Below, one piece after another: positions 17,803 through 27,595 of a stretch of DNA of 64,000 bases. Source of the DNA: an uncultured Methanosarcinales archaeon. Lineage in GTDB: Archaea > Nanobdellota > Nanobdellia > Woesearchaeales > JACPBV01. Position numbers and translations under genes: made by a program. Where the stretch lies: contig CAZNZT010000003.1 of assembly GCA_964577685.1 (NCBI GenBank), positions 11,083 through 75,082 of the forward strand, given 5' to 3'. The notes beneath the pieces were generated by a model. It ran no database searches. It had not been told where the DNA came from and was given only the letters and a program-made list of their open reading frames with translations. Position 1 is the first letter of the stretch; each line of letters opens with the position of its first letter.

Positions 17803-20250
17803 CTAAAAAAATCTACCAAGTTTTTTTTGCTCCAGACTTTCTAGCAAGTCTTCTTTTGTGTATCCAAGGACCTCAAATATTTTCTCTACAGAGGGTATTA
17901 TTTGATTCTTTATATAGTAATCCGGGTCATAGTCTTCTTGTTTGACCTCTTCTGGCAGTCTTGCTCTGTCTCTTATCCTTTTCTCTCCCTTTACAACAAC
18001 AAATTCAATGATAGAACCCGGTCCAATAGCGTGCCCTTTCTTTTTCATCCTTTCTGCAACTGCTACATGGGGTCCAATGGAATCATAGCTTTTTATATCT
18101 TTTTGTAGCTGAACAGAAATAGTAACCTTGTCTATTGGGATGGCATTCTTCCTTAGGCTGTTTATAATCTCCTTTGTATATTTCAATGCCTTTTTTGGGT
18201 CTTTCTCTTTTAGGATAATACTTAGTACTTTTTCTTGAACCTCTTTTGCTATTGGACTCCAGTTTCTTCTAACTGTTTCAAAGCCCCTTATCTTTAGTTT
18301 ATTACCCTCTGAGAGTAGAGCATATTTTTTCTTTGCTCCTAGTTTGCTTGCTTTTGCGGAAACAAATATTCCTGTTGAGTAGAATCCTTCAAATTCCAGC
18401 TCCATTAAGCTTGGTAGTTTCATATTTATCTTATCTTTGAATTCCTCTGCTTCTTTTTTTGTTTTATTTTTTAAGGTAAGAAATACTGAATCTGTGTCAG
18501 AATAGATTACATTAAACCCTTCTTCCTTTGCTTTGTTTATGACTTCGTGAATATAGTATCTTCCATAGGCTGTTGTTGCCTTTGCACAATCTAGGCAATA
18601 CCATCTTGCCATTGGAAAGCCCATGTATCCATAGAATGAGTTTGCAAGCAGTTTAAGTGATTGGGAGCGTGCTTCCATTAATGGGGAATGTTTTTCTTTC
18701 ATTATTTTTTTTATCCTCATTCTTCTTGAGATTAAATCTTCTATAAGGGCTGGTATGAATCCCTTTCTTTTGGAGCAGAACCAGATTTTTTTTCCTTGGA
18801 TTGGCACAGGTTTTACTTTGTCCTTACAACAAGGGCAGTTTAATGTTCCTGGGTCTATATTGTGGGTGCTTATTATACTTGGGTACAAGCTTCTATAATC
18901 AAATACTACAATCTTTTCATATAGTCCTGGCTTTGGCTCAAATACGAATGCTCCTTTATATGTTTGCAACATCCTTTTTCTTAATTCTTCATGATGCGGT
19001 AGTTCGGGAGCAATTTCATTAAACCTTTGTGCTTGTTTTAGTAAGTATGATTCAACTAGCTGTGAGAAACCACTTCTGTTTATTTCATATATTGGCAATC
19101 CTACTATTTTGACTAGCTCTAGTATGGTGGGCAACATTTTTTTTGTCAATTCAAATGTTAGAAAGGAATCTTGTAGATTGTATTTACAATATTGTTCTAG
19201 CTTGTTGGGGCTGTTATCCCATGTTTCTGCTAGTTTATCTAGGTCTATTTCTATCTTATTTTCATTGATTAGTTCAGATGCAATAGCATTTAGATTTAGA
19301 GCAAATACATCCATTGATGGTCCTACTACTTTTTTTATGAATCTAAAGATATCAAGATGGTTTATTCCAACTATATTAGAGACTACTGTTTTTGATCTCT
19401 TAACACTTAATTCAGAAAAGTCTAGGCCTATGTCTAGTTTTATCTTATGTTTGTCCGCTCTTGTCTTGATATATGGCAAATCAAAATCATCAGAGAAATA
19501 TCCTGTTAATATGTCTGGTTTGTAATTGTTTATTATTTCTTTGAATTTTTCAATTAGCTCTGCTTCATTATCTACAAACTCAATATAATCTAGCGTTTTT
19601 TTGAATTTTTTCCAAGTTATTACCTTTTTATAGCCCTCGCCATAAAGTGAGAGCATTATTATTGGGTTTTTTTCCGGGTTTATTATCTTCCCCTCTGGGT
19701 TGTAGGTTTCTATATCAAATGCTAAGATTCTTGGTTTTTCTAGAAATATTTCTTTTTTTTGAGATATTTTTTCAGCCTTCAGTACAGGAACCCTTAATCT
19801 TTCTTTAATAAATTCTCCTTCTGCTTCTAATATCATCAAAGGCGTTATATTCTTATCAATCAGGTATCTCTTCTTGAATTGGATGTCATATTCTGTAACA
19901 ATCTTTAGAGAATCCCAATCTTTTATTATGTCTCTTATTATAGGGACATCTCTTGGTAGTTTTGTGTATATCTTTATTGCTTCTACATCCTTTCCTAGGA
20001 ATTTCTTTTTTATTCTTTCTGTAGCTATTACTTCAGAAATCTCTTTGTTTTTTACTACCTTTAACTTCTTTAGTTTTTCTTCTACACTTTTTCCTTCCTT
20101 TGGGATTGCGTAGAAGTATGGTTTGAAGTTTTCATCTATTACACATACTTGTTCATTGTTTTTTGTTTTTCCGAATAAGTAAATAACAGGCTTTCCACCT
20201 GAAACTTTGTATGTTATGTCTATTGGGAAAAACTCCAATCTTTCTGGCAT
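17803..20250 (-). CDS. polB: family-B DNA polymerase
   Basis: Exo motif LAFDIET. Pol motifs DYRSLYPSII, KLLANSFYGYMG, VIYSDTDSVF. 815 aa with no intein-sized insertion. Confidence 0.95.
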   Translation of the reverse strand: MPERLEFFPIDITYKVSGGKPVIYLFGKTKNNEQVCVIDENFKPYFYAIPKEGKSVEEKLKKLKVVKNKEISEVIATERIKKKFLGKDVEAIKIYTKLPRDVPIIRDIIKDWDSLKIVTEYDIQFKKRYLIDKNITPLMILEAEGEFIKERLRVPVLKAEKISQKKEIFLEKPRILAFDIETYNPEGKIINPEKNPIIMLSLYGEGYKKVITWKKFKKTLDYIEFVDNEAELIEKFKEIINNYKPDILTGYFSDDFDLPYIKTRADKHKIKLDIGLDFSELSVKRSKTVVSNIVGINHLDIFRFIKKVVGPSMDVFALNLNAIASELINENKIEIDLDKLAETWDNSPNKLEQYCKYNLQDSFLTFELTKKMLPTILELVKIVGLPIYEINRSGFSQLVESYLLKQAQRFNEIAPELPHHEELRKRMLQTYKGAFVFEPKPGLYEKIVVFDYRSLYPSIISTHNIDPGTLNCPCCKDKVKPVPIQGKKIWFCSKRKGFIPALIEDLISRRMRIKKIMKEKHSPLMEARSQSLKLLANSFYGYMGFPMARWYCLDCAKATTAYGRYYIHEVINKAKEEGFNVIYSDTDSVFLTLKNKTKKEAEEFKDKINMKLPSLMELEFEGFYSTGIFVSAKASKLGAKKKYALLSEGNKLKIRGFETVRRNWSPIAKEVQEKVLSIILKEKDPKKALKYTKEIINSLRKNAIPIDKVTISVQLQKDIKSYDSIGPHVAVAERMKKKGHAIGPGSIIEFVVVKGEKRIRDRARLPEEVKQEDYDPDYYIKNQIIPSVEKIFEVLGYTKEDLLESLEQKKLGRFF

Positions 20251-20374
20251 TAGTCCTTAGTAATCTAAAAATCTATTTAAACATTTTGAATAAACTTATT
20301 TTTTAATGGTGCTACTCTACGGTAGCAATATAATCGAAAGGTTTAAATATTACCAATCCTTTCTCTTTTTTAAC

Positions 20375-21142
20375 ATGATTGTAAAGCAAGAGCTTTTGAA
20401 TAAACTTAAGAGCGATTTTATGTTGAATATATATGAAGTAAGACTATGGACTGTGCTTCTTTCTAGAGGTATTGCAACAGCTGGTGAACTTGCGGATATT
20501 AGTGGTGTACCTAGGAGTAGATGTTATGATGTTCTTGAAAGTTTGGAGAAGAAGGGATTCATTATAATGAAACTAGGAAAACCAATCAGGTATATCGCTG
20601 TTCCACCTGAGGAGATAGTAGAGAGGGTGAAAAAGAGTATCAAAGAAGATGCTAACTTGAGTACAAAGATGATTGAGGATATTAAAAAAACAGATATCTT
20701 TAGGGAATTGGAGTTATTGCATAAAACAGGTATTGAGAAAGTGGATGGAGATAAGCTTTCTGATTTTATTGTTGGAAGAGCCAATATTTATCAATTCCTG
20801 AAACAAATGGTTAGCAAAGCAAAAGAGAGTGTTTTGATAGTAACAACTGAAACAGGATTTAAGAGAAAAATAAAATTACTAAGTAAAATACTACGAAAAT
20901 TAAAGAGAAACAAGGTAAAGATAAAGATTTTTGCTCCTATTCGCGAAAAATTAGATGAGAGAATTATTAATCTTGCAGATATAAGAAACAGGGATATTAA
21001 TGCTAGATTGGTTATAGTTGATAATAGGGAATTGCTTTTTATGATTACTGAAGACAACTTGCCAAATGAGGATGATTCTGCTGTTTGGATTGATTCTGGC
21101 TTTTTTGTAAAAGCTGTTAGAAATCTCTTTTCACTAAATTAG
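20375..21142 (+). CDS. TrmB-family transcriptional regulator
   Basis: N-terminal wHTH EVRLWTVLLSRGIATAGELADISGVPRSRCYDVLESLEKKGFI plus a C-terminal TrmB-type domain. ATG at 20375 preferred over the track start at 20306. Confidence 0.8.
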   Translation: MIVKQELLNKLKSDFMLNIYEVRLWTVLLSRGIATAGELADISGVPRSRCYDVLESLEKKGFIIMKLGKPIRYIAVPPEEIVERVKKSIKEDANLSTKMIEDIKKTDIFRELELLHKTGIEKVDGDKLSDFIVGRANIYQFLKQMVSKAKESVLIVTTETGFKRKIKLLSKILRKLKRNKVKIKIFAPIREKLDERIINLADIRNRDINARLVIVDNRELLFMITEDNLPNEDDSAVWIDSGFFVKAVRNLFSLN

Positions 21143-21167
21143 GTATTAAATAATTCTAGAGCAGAAA

Positions 21168-21674
21168 CTATCCACTTACTATTATCTTACCTTTCATGTA
21201 TAACCTGTCCTTGTAGAAAACATCATAGTAGTAATGTGTTCCTGTTTTATTAAACGTATGGTTAAAGCTTTGTCCGTATTCTAATACAGGACTCCTAAGT
21301 TTTTCAGAATAAGAATAAAGCATGTGCTTTATGGGACCTGTTTCTTTTGGCTTGTCTTTGTGTTTCCATATAACTTTATCTCCTTTTTTTATTTTTAGTT
21401 GTTGCGGGTTTAACCTTATGTTCTCTATTGTTACTATCCATTCTTTTTTTGTTTTTTGTATTTTCTTACTTTCATTCTTTTCTTTTACTGTTTTTGTAGT
21501 TTCCTTTTTTTCAATTTGCTCTATTGGTGGTGGCATTTCTTCTTCTGCTTTTGTTATATTTTTGTGTTCTGTGGTGGGTTCTGTTATTATTGCATGGGTA
21601 ACAGGTTCTTTAGAACAACCACTAATTATAGTTAGAGTTATAAACAAGATTAGGGCAAAGTAATATTCTTTCAT
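21168..21674 (-). CDS. lipobox-bearing secreted cupredoxin-fold-like protein without Cu ligands
   Basis: Signal plus IISGC lipobox. C-terminal domain LKIKKGDKVIWKHKD...GTHYYYDVFYKDRLYMKGKIIV follows the plastocyanin-like pattern, but Asp replaces the Cys ligand. Confidence 0.55.
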   Translation of the reverse strand: MKEYYFALILFITLTIISGCSKEPVTHAIITEPTTEHKNITKAEEEMPPPIEQIEKKETTKTVKEKNESKKIQKTKKEWIVTIENIRLNPQQLKIKKGDKVIWKHKDKPKETGPIKHMLYSYSEKLRSPVLEYGQSFNHTFNKTGTHYYYDVFYKDRLYMKGKIIVSG

Positions 21675-21805
21675 ACATAATTATAAAGGCTGATTGATTA
21701 TTTAAATCTTTCTGTTAATACTACTGTTGAGTTATTAATTTTCCTTGTAGCCTTTGATTGTTTTTGCAATACCTTTTTAAAGTTTGAATTTCTTTGTTTC
21801 GTATA

Positions 21806-23047
21806 ATGGGGGATTATATAAGGTGTAATGCGGATTTGCATTTGCATGGCTTATACTCTGGTGGTGTAAGCAAGAGCATGACGCCCAAGATAATAGCAGA
21901 GCAAGCCCCATTAAAAGGTTTACACCTAGTTGGAACAGCAGACATATTAAATGAAAAATGGATAAGGCTAATAAAGGAACAATTAGTTGAGATTGATGAT
22001 GGGTTGTTACAATATAAAAATGGGACTAGGTTTATTCTGCAGACTGAAGTGGAAGATAATAGAAGGGTTCATCATATCTTATTGATACCTTCTTTTTCTA
22101 AGGTTTATGAGCTTAGGGAGAGATTCAAAAACAAGAGTAGTGATTTGGATAAGGATGGAAGACCCAAGTTACGGTTAAGTGCAGAAGAGATAGCAGAAAT
22201 CTCTACAGAAGCAGAATGTCTGATAGGACCAAGCCATGCCTTTACTCCTTGGACAGCAATTTTTAAGGAGTATGACTCAATCAGTGACTGTTATGGTGAC
22301 TATTCAGATAAAGTTTATTTTTTGGAGCTTGGTCTATCTGCAGATACAAATATGGCTGATAAGATTTCAGAGCTTCATAGATTAACCTTTTTGAGCAATT
22401 CTGATGGACATTCTCCATGGCCGAATAAACTTGGTAGAGAGTTTAATACTTTTATGGTAAAAGAGATTAATTTTGAAGAGATAAAAAGAGCAATAAAAAG
22501 AGAGGGTGGAAGAAAATGTATGCTTAATGTTGGTTTTAATCCTTTGGAGGGGAAGTATCACAAAACGAGATGTATTGGTTGTTTGACTTTCTTTGAGCCG
22601 AATGATGCCAAAAGGTTAAATTGGAGGTGCCCTATCTGTGGTAAGCCTATAAAGAAGGGAGTTGATTTTAGGATTAATGAGCTTGCTGATTTGCCTGAGG
22701 GAAAACACCCAGAGCATAGACCTCCTTATGTCCATATAATTCCCCTAAGTGAAATAATTGCATTAGCAACTAAAAAGGCTAATGCTTGGTCAATAAGTGT
22801 TCAAGAGAAATGGAAGACCTTTGTTAGTGCTTTTGGTTCAGAAATTAATGTTCTTTTGAATGCTAAAATAGATGAGCTAGAGAAGATAGATGCAGAGATT
22901 GCGAGGTATATACAGTATTTTAGGGATGATAAAATAAAATATATTCCGGGTGGTGCTGGGGTTTATGGAAAGTTGGTACCACCTAATAAGGAATTACCAA
23001 AATTGAAGAGATTTGATTCAATACAAAAAAAGTTGGGTGATTATTGA
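21806..23047 (+). CDS. EndoQ-like PHP-domain nuclease (TIGR00375-type)
   Basis: PHP-type N-terminus ADLHLHGLYSGG. C-terminal zinc ribbon CIGC...CPICGKP. The ~415 aa size and layout match archaeal endonuclease Q. ATG at 21806 preferred over the TTG at 21794. Confidence 0.7.
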   Translation: MGDYIRCNADLHLHGLYSGGVSKSMTPKIIAEQAPLKGLHLVGTADILNEKWIRLIKEQLVEIDDGLLQYKNGTRFILQTEVEDNRRVHHILLIPSFSKVYELRERFKNKSSDLDKDGRPKLRLSAEEIAEISTEAECLIGPSHAFTPWTAIFKEYDSISDCYGDYSDKVYFLELGLSADTNMADKISELHRLTFLSNSDGHSPWPNKLGREFNTFMVKEINFEEIKRAIKREGGRKCMLNVGFNPLEGKYHKTRCIGCLTFFEPNDAKRLNWRCPICGKPIKKGVDFRINELADLPEGKHPEHRPPYVHIIPLSEIIALATKKANAWSISVQEKWKTFVSAFGSEINVLLNAKIDELEKIDAEIARYIQYFRDDKIKYIPGGAGVYGKLVPPNKELPKLKRFDSIQKKLGDY

Positions 23048-23139
23048 TTGGGGAATTTAAAAACAAAAGATTTAAATATGAGCAATCTTATCGTCTAAAG
23101 TTAGTGTTATTCCTTTGTAAAATGGAAGGAGGTTAGAAA

Positions 23140-23373
23140 ATGGCAAAGAAGGTAGCAAAAGTAGGTATAAAAAAAGAAGATGGGTATCTATACTTTGTAG
23201 ATAAGAAAGGAAATGTTGCAAGAGCAAAGATGGCCAGAGGTAAAAAGAGAAAAGGAAAAAAGAAAATAGAGGTTGTAGCAAAAGTAGGAATTAAAAAGCA
23301 GAAGGGATATTTGTATTTCATTGACAAGAATGGAGATATTTCTTGTGCAAAGATGGCTAGAGGCAGAAAGTAA
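23140..23373 (+). CDS. 77-aa basic protein made of two 32-aa repeats
   Basis: VAKVGIKKEDGYLYFVDKKGNVARAKMARGKK and VAKVGIKKQKGYLYFIDKNGDISCAKMARGRK, joined by RKGKKKIEV. Strong GGAGG RBS upstream. Confidence 0.55.
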   Translation: MAKKVAKVGIKKEDGYLYFVDKKGNVARAKMARGKKRKGKKKIEVVAKVGIKKQKGYLYFIDKNGDISCAKMARGRK

Positions 23374-23405
23374 AGCCTATCTCTTGTTTTTTATTTTATA
23401 TATTT

Positions 23406-24041
23406 TTATGTTTTATAGTGGTGGTGGATTATTCTGGAGACAGATAATATCATAATTACAAAGGCTAAAAGAAATATTCCATATGCCTTGTCCTTGCTTG
23501 TTGGAAAAATTCCTATAACGCTTCCTGTGATCGGTAATGGTTCTTCTTTAACTATTATCTTGCCTCGCCCTATTTTTACGAAAACTGCATCAAAATATCT
23601 ATGGGTCCCTGGTTTTGTAAATGTAAAACTATAACTTTCTCCAGGGTAAATCTTCTTTCCGTAGAATAGTCTATCATAGGCTACTACTTTGTGTGGTACA
23701 TTGTCTTTGTTTATCCAAGTTACATTCGTTCCTGGGGATATTATAATCTCTTCTGGATGGAATCTTAGGTTTTTTATCTCTATTATTGCCTCTTTTATTG
23801 GCTGGGTTTCTTCCTCGCTTTTGATTTCTTTTTCTGCTGCTTTTTCTTTTTTAGGTGTTTCTTCTTCTGGTATTTCCATCTGCTCTTCTTCAATGATTTC
23901 TTCTATATTGTATTTGGTTTCTTCTGCTCTTTCTTCTTTTGGATGAGTGTCTATTTTGGTGAAAGAGATAACTACAATAACAAATAGAATAACAACCATT
24001 GTTATGAGGATTGGTTTCCATAGTCTTGAGTCTGTATTCAT
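23406..24041 (-). CDS. membrane-anchored cupredoxin-fold-like protein without Cu ligands
   Basis: N-terminal TM, E/K-rich linker, then LRFHPEEIIISPGTNVTWINKDNVPHKVV...PGTHRYFDAVFVKIGRGKIIV, and a C-terminal TM. Confidence 0.55.
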   Translation of the reverse strand: MNTDSRLWKPILITMVVILFVIVVISFTKIDTHPKEERAEETKYNIEEIIEEEQMEIPEEETPKKEKAAEKEIKSEEETQPIKEAIIEIKNLRFHPEEIIISPGTNVTWINKDNVPHKVVAYDRLFYGKKIYPGESYSFTFTKPGTHRYFDAVFVKIGRGKIIVKEEPLPITGSVIGIFPTSKDKAYGIFLLAFVIMILSVSRIIHHHYKT

Positions 24042-24126
24042 ATTCTACACCTTAGGGGTTGATATATAAATATGTTTTGTTTTTAATAAGTGTTTAAAAG
24101 AAATAAAAGAGAAAAAGATGGTTTGT

Positions 24127-24594
24127 TTATTCTGTTTCTTCAGCCGTTACCGTTACAGTAGCGCTCTTTTTTGTAAATACATCAAATATCTTTACTTTGC
24201 CCTCTTTGTCAAATGTTACTTCGTATGTGTCGCCTTCTTTAATTTTGCCTGTTGATTTTCCTCCTATAGTTAATAAATGGTCTCCTTCAACTGCCTTTAG
24301 CGTTAGTGTTGAACCAACAGTTGTTGTTGTCTCTGCCGGGTCAAACCCGCTTAGTGTCATGAAAATATCTCCTTCACTTGTGGTTGTTTCTTCTTCAGCA
24401 ACCTCTTCAGTAGCTTCTGTTGTTTCTTCTTCAGCAACCTCTTCAGTAGCTTCTGTTGTTTCTTCTTCAGCAGTTTTTTCAGCTGTTCCTGCTTCAGAGG
24501 TTGTTGTTTTCTCTGGTGTTGTTGTACCTTCTTTTGTGGCACATCCGCTTATAATTACTATCATCAAAAGAGCAACTATATACCATGCTCTCAT
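24127..24594 (-). CDS. lipobox-bearing secreted protein with a T/E-rich repeat linker and a cupredoxin-like C-terminal domain
   Basis: Signal plus ISGC lipobox. Tandem TEATEEVAEEET repeats. C-terminal GDTYEVTFDKEGKVKIFDVFTKKSATVTV shares the FD-x-VF motif with the two paralogs. Confidence 0.5.
   Translation of the reverse strand: MRAWYIVALLMIVIISGCATKEGTTTPEKTTTSEAGTAEKTAEEETTEATEEVAEEETTEATEEVAEEETTTSEGDIFMTLSGFDPAETTTTVGSTLTLKAVEGDHLLTIGGKSTGKIKEGDTYEVTFDKEGKVKIFDVFTKKSATVTVTAEETE
24386..24472. repeat. 36-nt tandem repeat (2 full copies plus 15 nt)
   Basis: gtttcttcttcagcaacctcttcagtagcttctgtt at 24386-24421 and 24422-24457, identical, then a partial third copy. Lies inside the 24127-24594 CDS. 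Confidence 0.9.
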
Positions 24595-24686
24595 ATTCCC
24601 ACCTCACAGATTGTCTTTTTTGTTTTTAATTAAAGCACCTTTATATATCTTTTGGTTTTTGGCTTGGTGTTTTTATTTATCTTTAT

Positions 24687-25352
24687 TTATCTTTTTCTTG
24701 TTACATCAACTTGTTTACAATATCTTTTTACGGGGCATTTTGAACAAAATGGGCTTATGGGGACACATATATTTCTTCCAAATTGAACAAATAATTCATT
24801 GAATTCATGCCAATGTTTCTTTGGAATTATTTTTTCAAGTTCTATTTTTGTTTTTTCCGGTGTTTTTGTTTTTACTAATCCTAACCTATTTGTTGTCTGA
24901 TGTACATGGGAGTCAACAGCTATGTGGTCTGGTTTATTAAAGCCATAGACCATTACTATAGAAGCTGTCTTTGGACCAACTCCTTTTAATTTTATTAGTT
25001 CTTCAAATTTATTTGGGACAATTCCATTGTGTTCTTCTATTATCTTTTTTGATATCTCTTTTATTCTTCTTGCCTTTGTTTTATAGAATCCAACGGGATA
25101 TATCAGTTTTTCAATTTCTTTGTTACTTAGTTTTAATATCTTTTTAGGCGTGTTGTATTTCTTCAGCAATCTTATGGCTGCCTTTGCTGTTACCTCATCT
25201 TTGGTTCTTAGACTTAGTAAACAAGAAACTAATGTTGTGAAAGGGTCTTTGACTACTCTTGCCCACTCTGAAACAAAAGGATATTCCCATTTTATTGCCT
25301 CTTTTTTTATTGCTTTTATTATTTTCTCAATTGTATTGTTTCTTTGTGACAT
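24687..25352 (-). CDS. nth: endonuclease III
   Basis: HhH-GPD (LIKLKGVGPKTASIV) and the 4Fe-4S loop CVPISPFCSKCPVKRYC (C-x6-C-x2-C-x5-C). The internal ATG at 25352 avoids overlap with the MFS gene. Confidence 0.85.
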   Translation of the reverse strand: MSQRNNTIEKIIKAIKKEAIKWEYPFVSEWARVVKDPFTTLVSCLLSLRTKDEVTAKAAIRLLKKYNTPKKILKLSNKEIEKLIYPVGFYKTKARRIKEISKKIIEEHNGIVPNKFEELIKLKGVGPKTASIVMVYGFNKPDHIAVDSHVHQTTNRLGLVKTKTPEKTKIELEKIIPKKHWHEFNELFVQFGRNICVPISPFCSKCPVKRYCKQVDVTRKR

Positions 25353-25360
25353 TCTTTGCC

Positions 25361-26512
25361 TTATTTTTCTGCTTCTTTTACTAATACAATTAGTAATATA
25401 GCTGAGCATATTGACAATATGCTAGCATACAGAAATGGAGCTTGGACATTAATTCTGTGCCATAGGAGACCCCCTATTGAGTTTGCTGGGAATACCGTTA
25501 CCCCAACAATAGCATGATATAGGCCTAGTGCAGTGGCTTTATTCTCTTTTGTTAACTCAGAGACAAATGCTCTTGAAACACCATCGGTTATTGCCATGAA
25601 TAACCCATACAGGCCAAATAGCACCCATATTGTAGTGGGATTGGACACAAATGCAAATCCAATAGCTGTTAATCCAAACAATACTAGACCAGTTGCTAGT
25701 ACTTTTTTTCTTCCAACCATGTCAGATATTCTTCCTGCTGGTATGGAAAAAAATGCATAGAAAGTATTGTAGACTAGGTATATAATTGGTATGAGGGCTA
25801 TAGCTATTCCAATATCTTTTGCTCTTAGGATAAAGAAGGCATAGCTAAAATTTGCTAGGTTAAATATCGCTATTACCCATAAGAATCTCTTTAGATTTCT
25901 ACTTAGGTTTCTGAATTTGAATTTGTGGTTTTCTTTGGCTTTATTTTTTACTTCTTTTACTCCAAGGATGAGGATTATTATGGCAATCAGTCCTGGTACT
26001 AGGCTTAGTAGGAATATAATCTTAAAAGCCTTATTTAAGAATTTGCGTAACAGGAAGAATGCGATTATTGTTCCTACAATTGCCCCCATAGTATCTAGTG
26101 TTCTGTGTAATCCAAAGCTCTTTCCTCTTTCTTTTTTGTTTACGGAAACAGCAATTAATGCATCTCTTGGAGCTGTTCTAATCCCTTTTCCTACCCTATC
26201 AATAAATCTTATCCCGAGGACATGTGTCCAGCTGGTTGATATTGCTAGTAGGGGTTTTGTTATGTTGGATAGGGTATAACCAAATAGAGCTAAGGATTTT
26301 TTTCTTCCAATTTTGTCTGAAATCCAACCTGAGAATAGCTTTAATATGGCTGATGTGGCTTCAGCAATTCCCTCAATAAAACCAACGATGGCCATATTTG
26401 CTCCTAGAATTATGGTGAGAAATAGCGGCAGTATGGGAAATATCATTTCAGAGCTGACATCTGTGAAGAAGCTTGTAAGTCCCATATACCAAACATTTTT
26501 TTTGCTTACCAT
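25361..26512 (-). CDS. MFS transporter
   Basis: 383 aa with about 12 hydrophobic segments. MFS loop motifs SDKIGRKK and SDMVGRKK between TM2/3 and TM8/9. Confidence 0.85.
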   Translation of the reverse strand: MVSKKNVWYMGLTSFFTDVSSEMIFPILPLFLTIILGANMAIVGFIEGIAEATSAILKLFSGWISDKIGRKKSLALFGYTLSNITKPLLAISTSWTHVLGIRFIDRVGKGIRTAPRDALIAVSVNKKERGKSFGLHRTLDTMGAIVGTIIAFFLLRKFLNKAFKIIFLLSLVPGLIAIIILILGVKEVKNKAKENHKFKFRNLSRNLKRFLWVIAIFNLANFSYAFFILRAKDIGIAIALIPIIYLVYNTFYAFFSIPAGRISDMVGRKKVLATGLVLFGLTAIGFAFVSNPTTIWVLFGLYGLFMAITDGVSRAFVSELTKENKATALGLYHAIVGVTVFPANSIGGLLWHRINVQAPFLYASILSICSAILLIVLVKEAEK

Positions 26513-26614
26513 TTTTTCTTGTGTTGTTTTTTCTTATTTATAAAATTACCTAAAGTGAAGGAAAACACGAAATCTTTTTAAATGCCCTTTGATTCTAGGT
26601 TTTGTGGTGGTAAT

Positions 26615-27595
26615 ATGCCAGAGCAGCTTAGCCTTATAGGAGGGACATCTAATTTTCAGTTGGCGAAGGAGATATCCAAGAACCTGAAGGTAAATTTGGT
26701 TCCTATAGAGGTCAAGAGGTTTAATGATGGCGAACTTTATGTTCATATAGAAAAGAGTGTTAGGGGTTCTAAGGTTTTTATTGTTCAGTCTACTTCCCCT
26801 CCCGTGAATGATAACCTAATTCAGCTTTTATTAATCGTTGATGCATGCAGAAGGGCTTCTGCAAAGGAGATAAATGCTATAATTCCCTATTATGGGTATT
26901 CAAGACAAGATAGGAAGAATATTCCTAGAGAGCCTATATCTGCTAAGCTTGTTGCAAATATGATAGAAAAGGCAGGCGTAGATAGAGTCGTGACATTTGA
27001 CCTCCATGTTGATCAGATTCAGGGGTTTTTTGATATACCTGTTGATAACCTTGAAGCTATTCCACTAATTGCGAATTATCTATTGAATAAGAAGCTTAAA
27101 GACCTAGTAGTTGTTGCTCCTGATGTGGGTGGCGCGCGTAGAGCAAGGAAGTTAGCTAAAATCTTGGATACAAGGATAGCAATAATAGATAAAAGAAGGC
27201 CAGAACATGGAGTAGCTGAAATAGTGAATGTGATTGGGGAGATTGGCAATATGGATTGTGTTTTAGTTGATGATATAATCGATACTGCTGGAACTATTAC
27301 AAACGCAGCGAGGGTACTGAAGGAGAAGGGAGCCAATAAAATTTTTGTTTGTGCAACCCATGCTGTTTTTTCTGGACCAGCTGTAGAGAGACTGGTAAAT
27401 GCACCGATAGAAGAGGTTATAGTTACTAATAGCATAAACATTCTGGAGGAAAAAAAGTTTGATAAGTTAAAGATAATATCTCTTGCTGGCTTGTTGGCAG
27501 ATTCTATAAGGAAAATCCATGAAGGAACACCTATGGGCGTTCTTTTTGATGAACTATATAAGAATATTGAAGAAAAGAGGAACAAACTAAAATGA
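26615..27595 (+). CDS. prs: ribose-phosphate pyrophosphokinase
   Basis: RFNDGELYV and the PRPP loop CVLVDDIIDTAGTI, with the SRQDRK flexible loop. ATG at 26615 preferred. Confidence 0.9.
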   Translation: MPEQLSLIGGTSNFQLAKEISKNLKVNLVPIEVKRFNDGELYVHIEKSVRGSKVFIVQSTSPPVNDNLIQLLLIVDACRRASAKEINAIIPYYGYSRQDRKNIPREPISAKLVANMIEKAGVDRVVTFDLHVDQIQGFFDIPVDNLEAIPLIANYLLNKKLKDLVVVAPDVGGARRARKLAKILDTRIAIIDKRRPEHGVAEIVNVIGEIGNMDCVLVDDIIDTAGTITNAARVLKEKGANKIFVCATHAVFSGPAVERLVNAPIEEVIVTNSINILEEKKFDKLKIISLAGLLADSIRKIHEGTPMGVLFDELYKNIEEKRNKLK

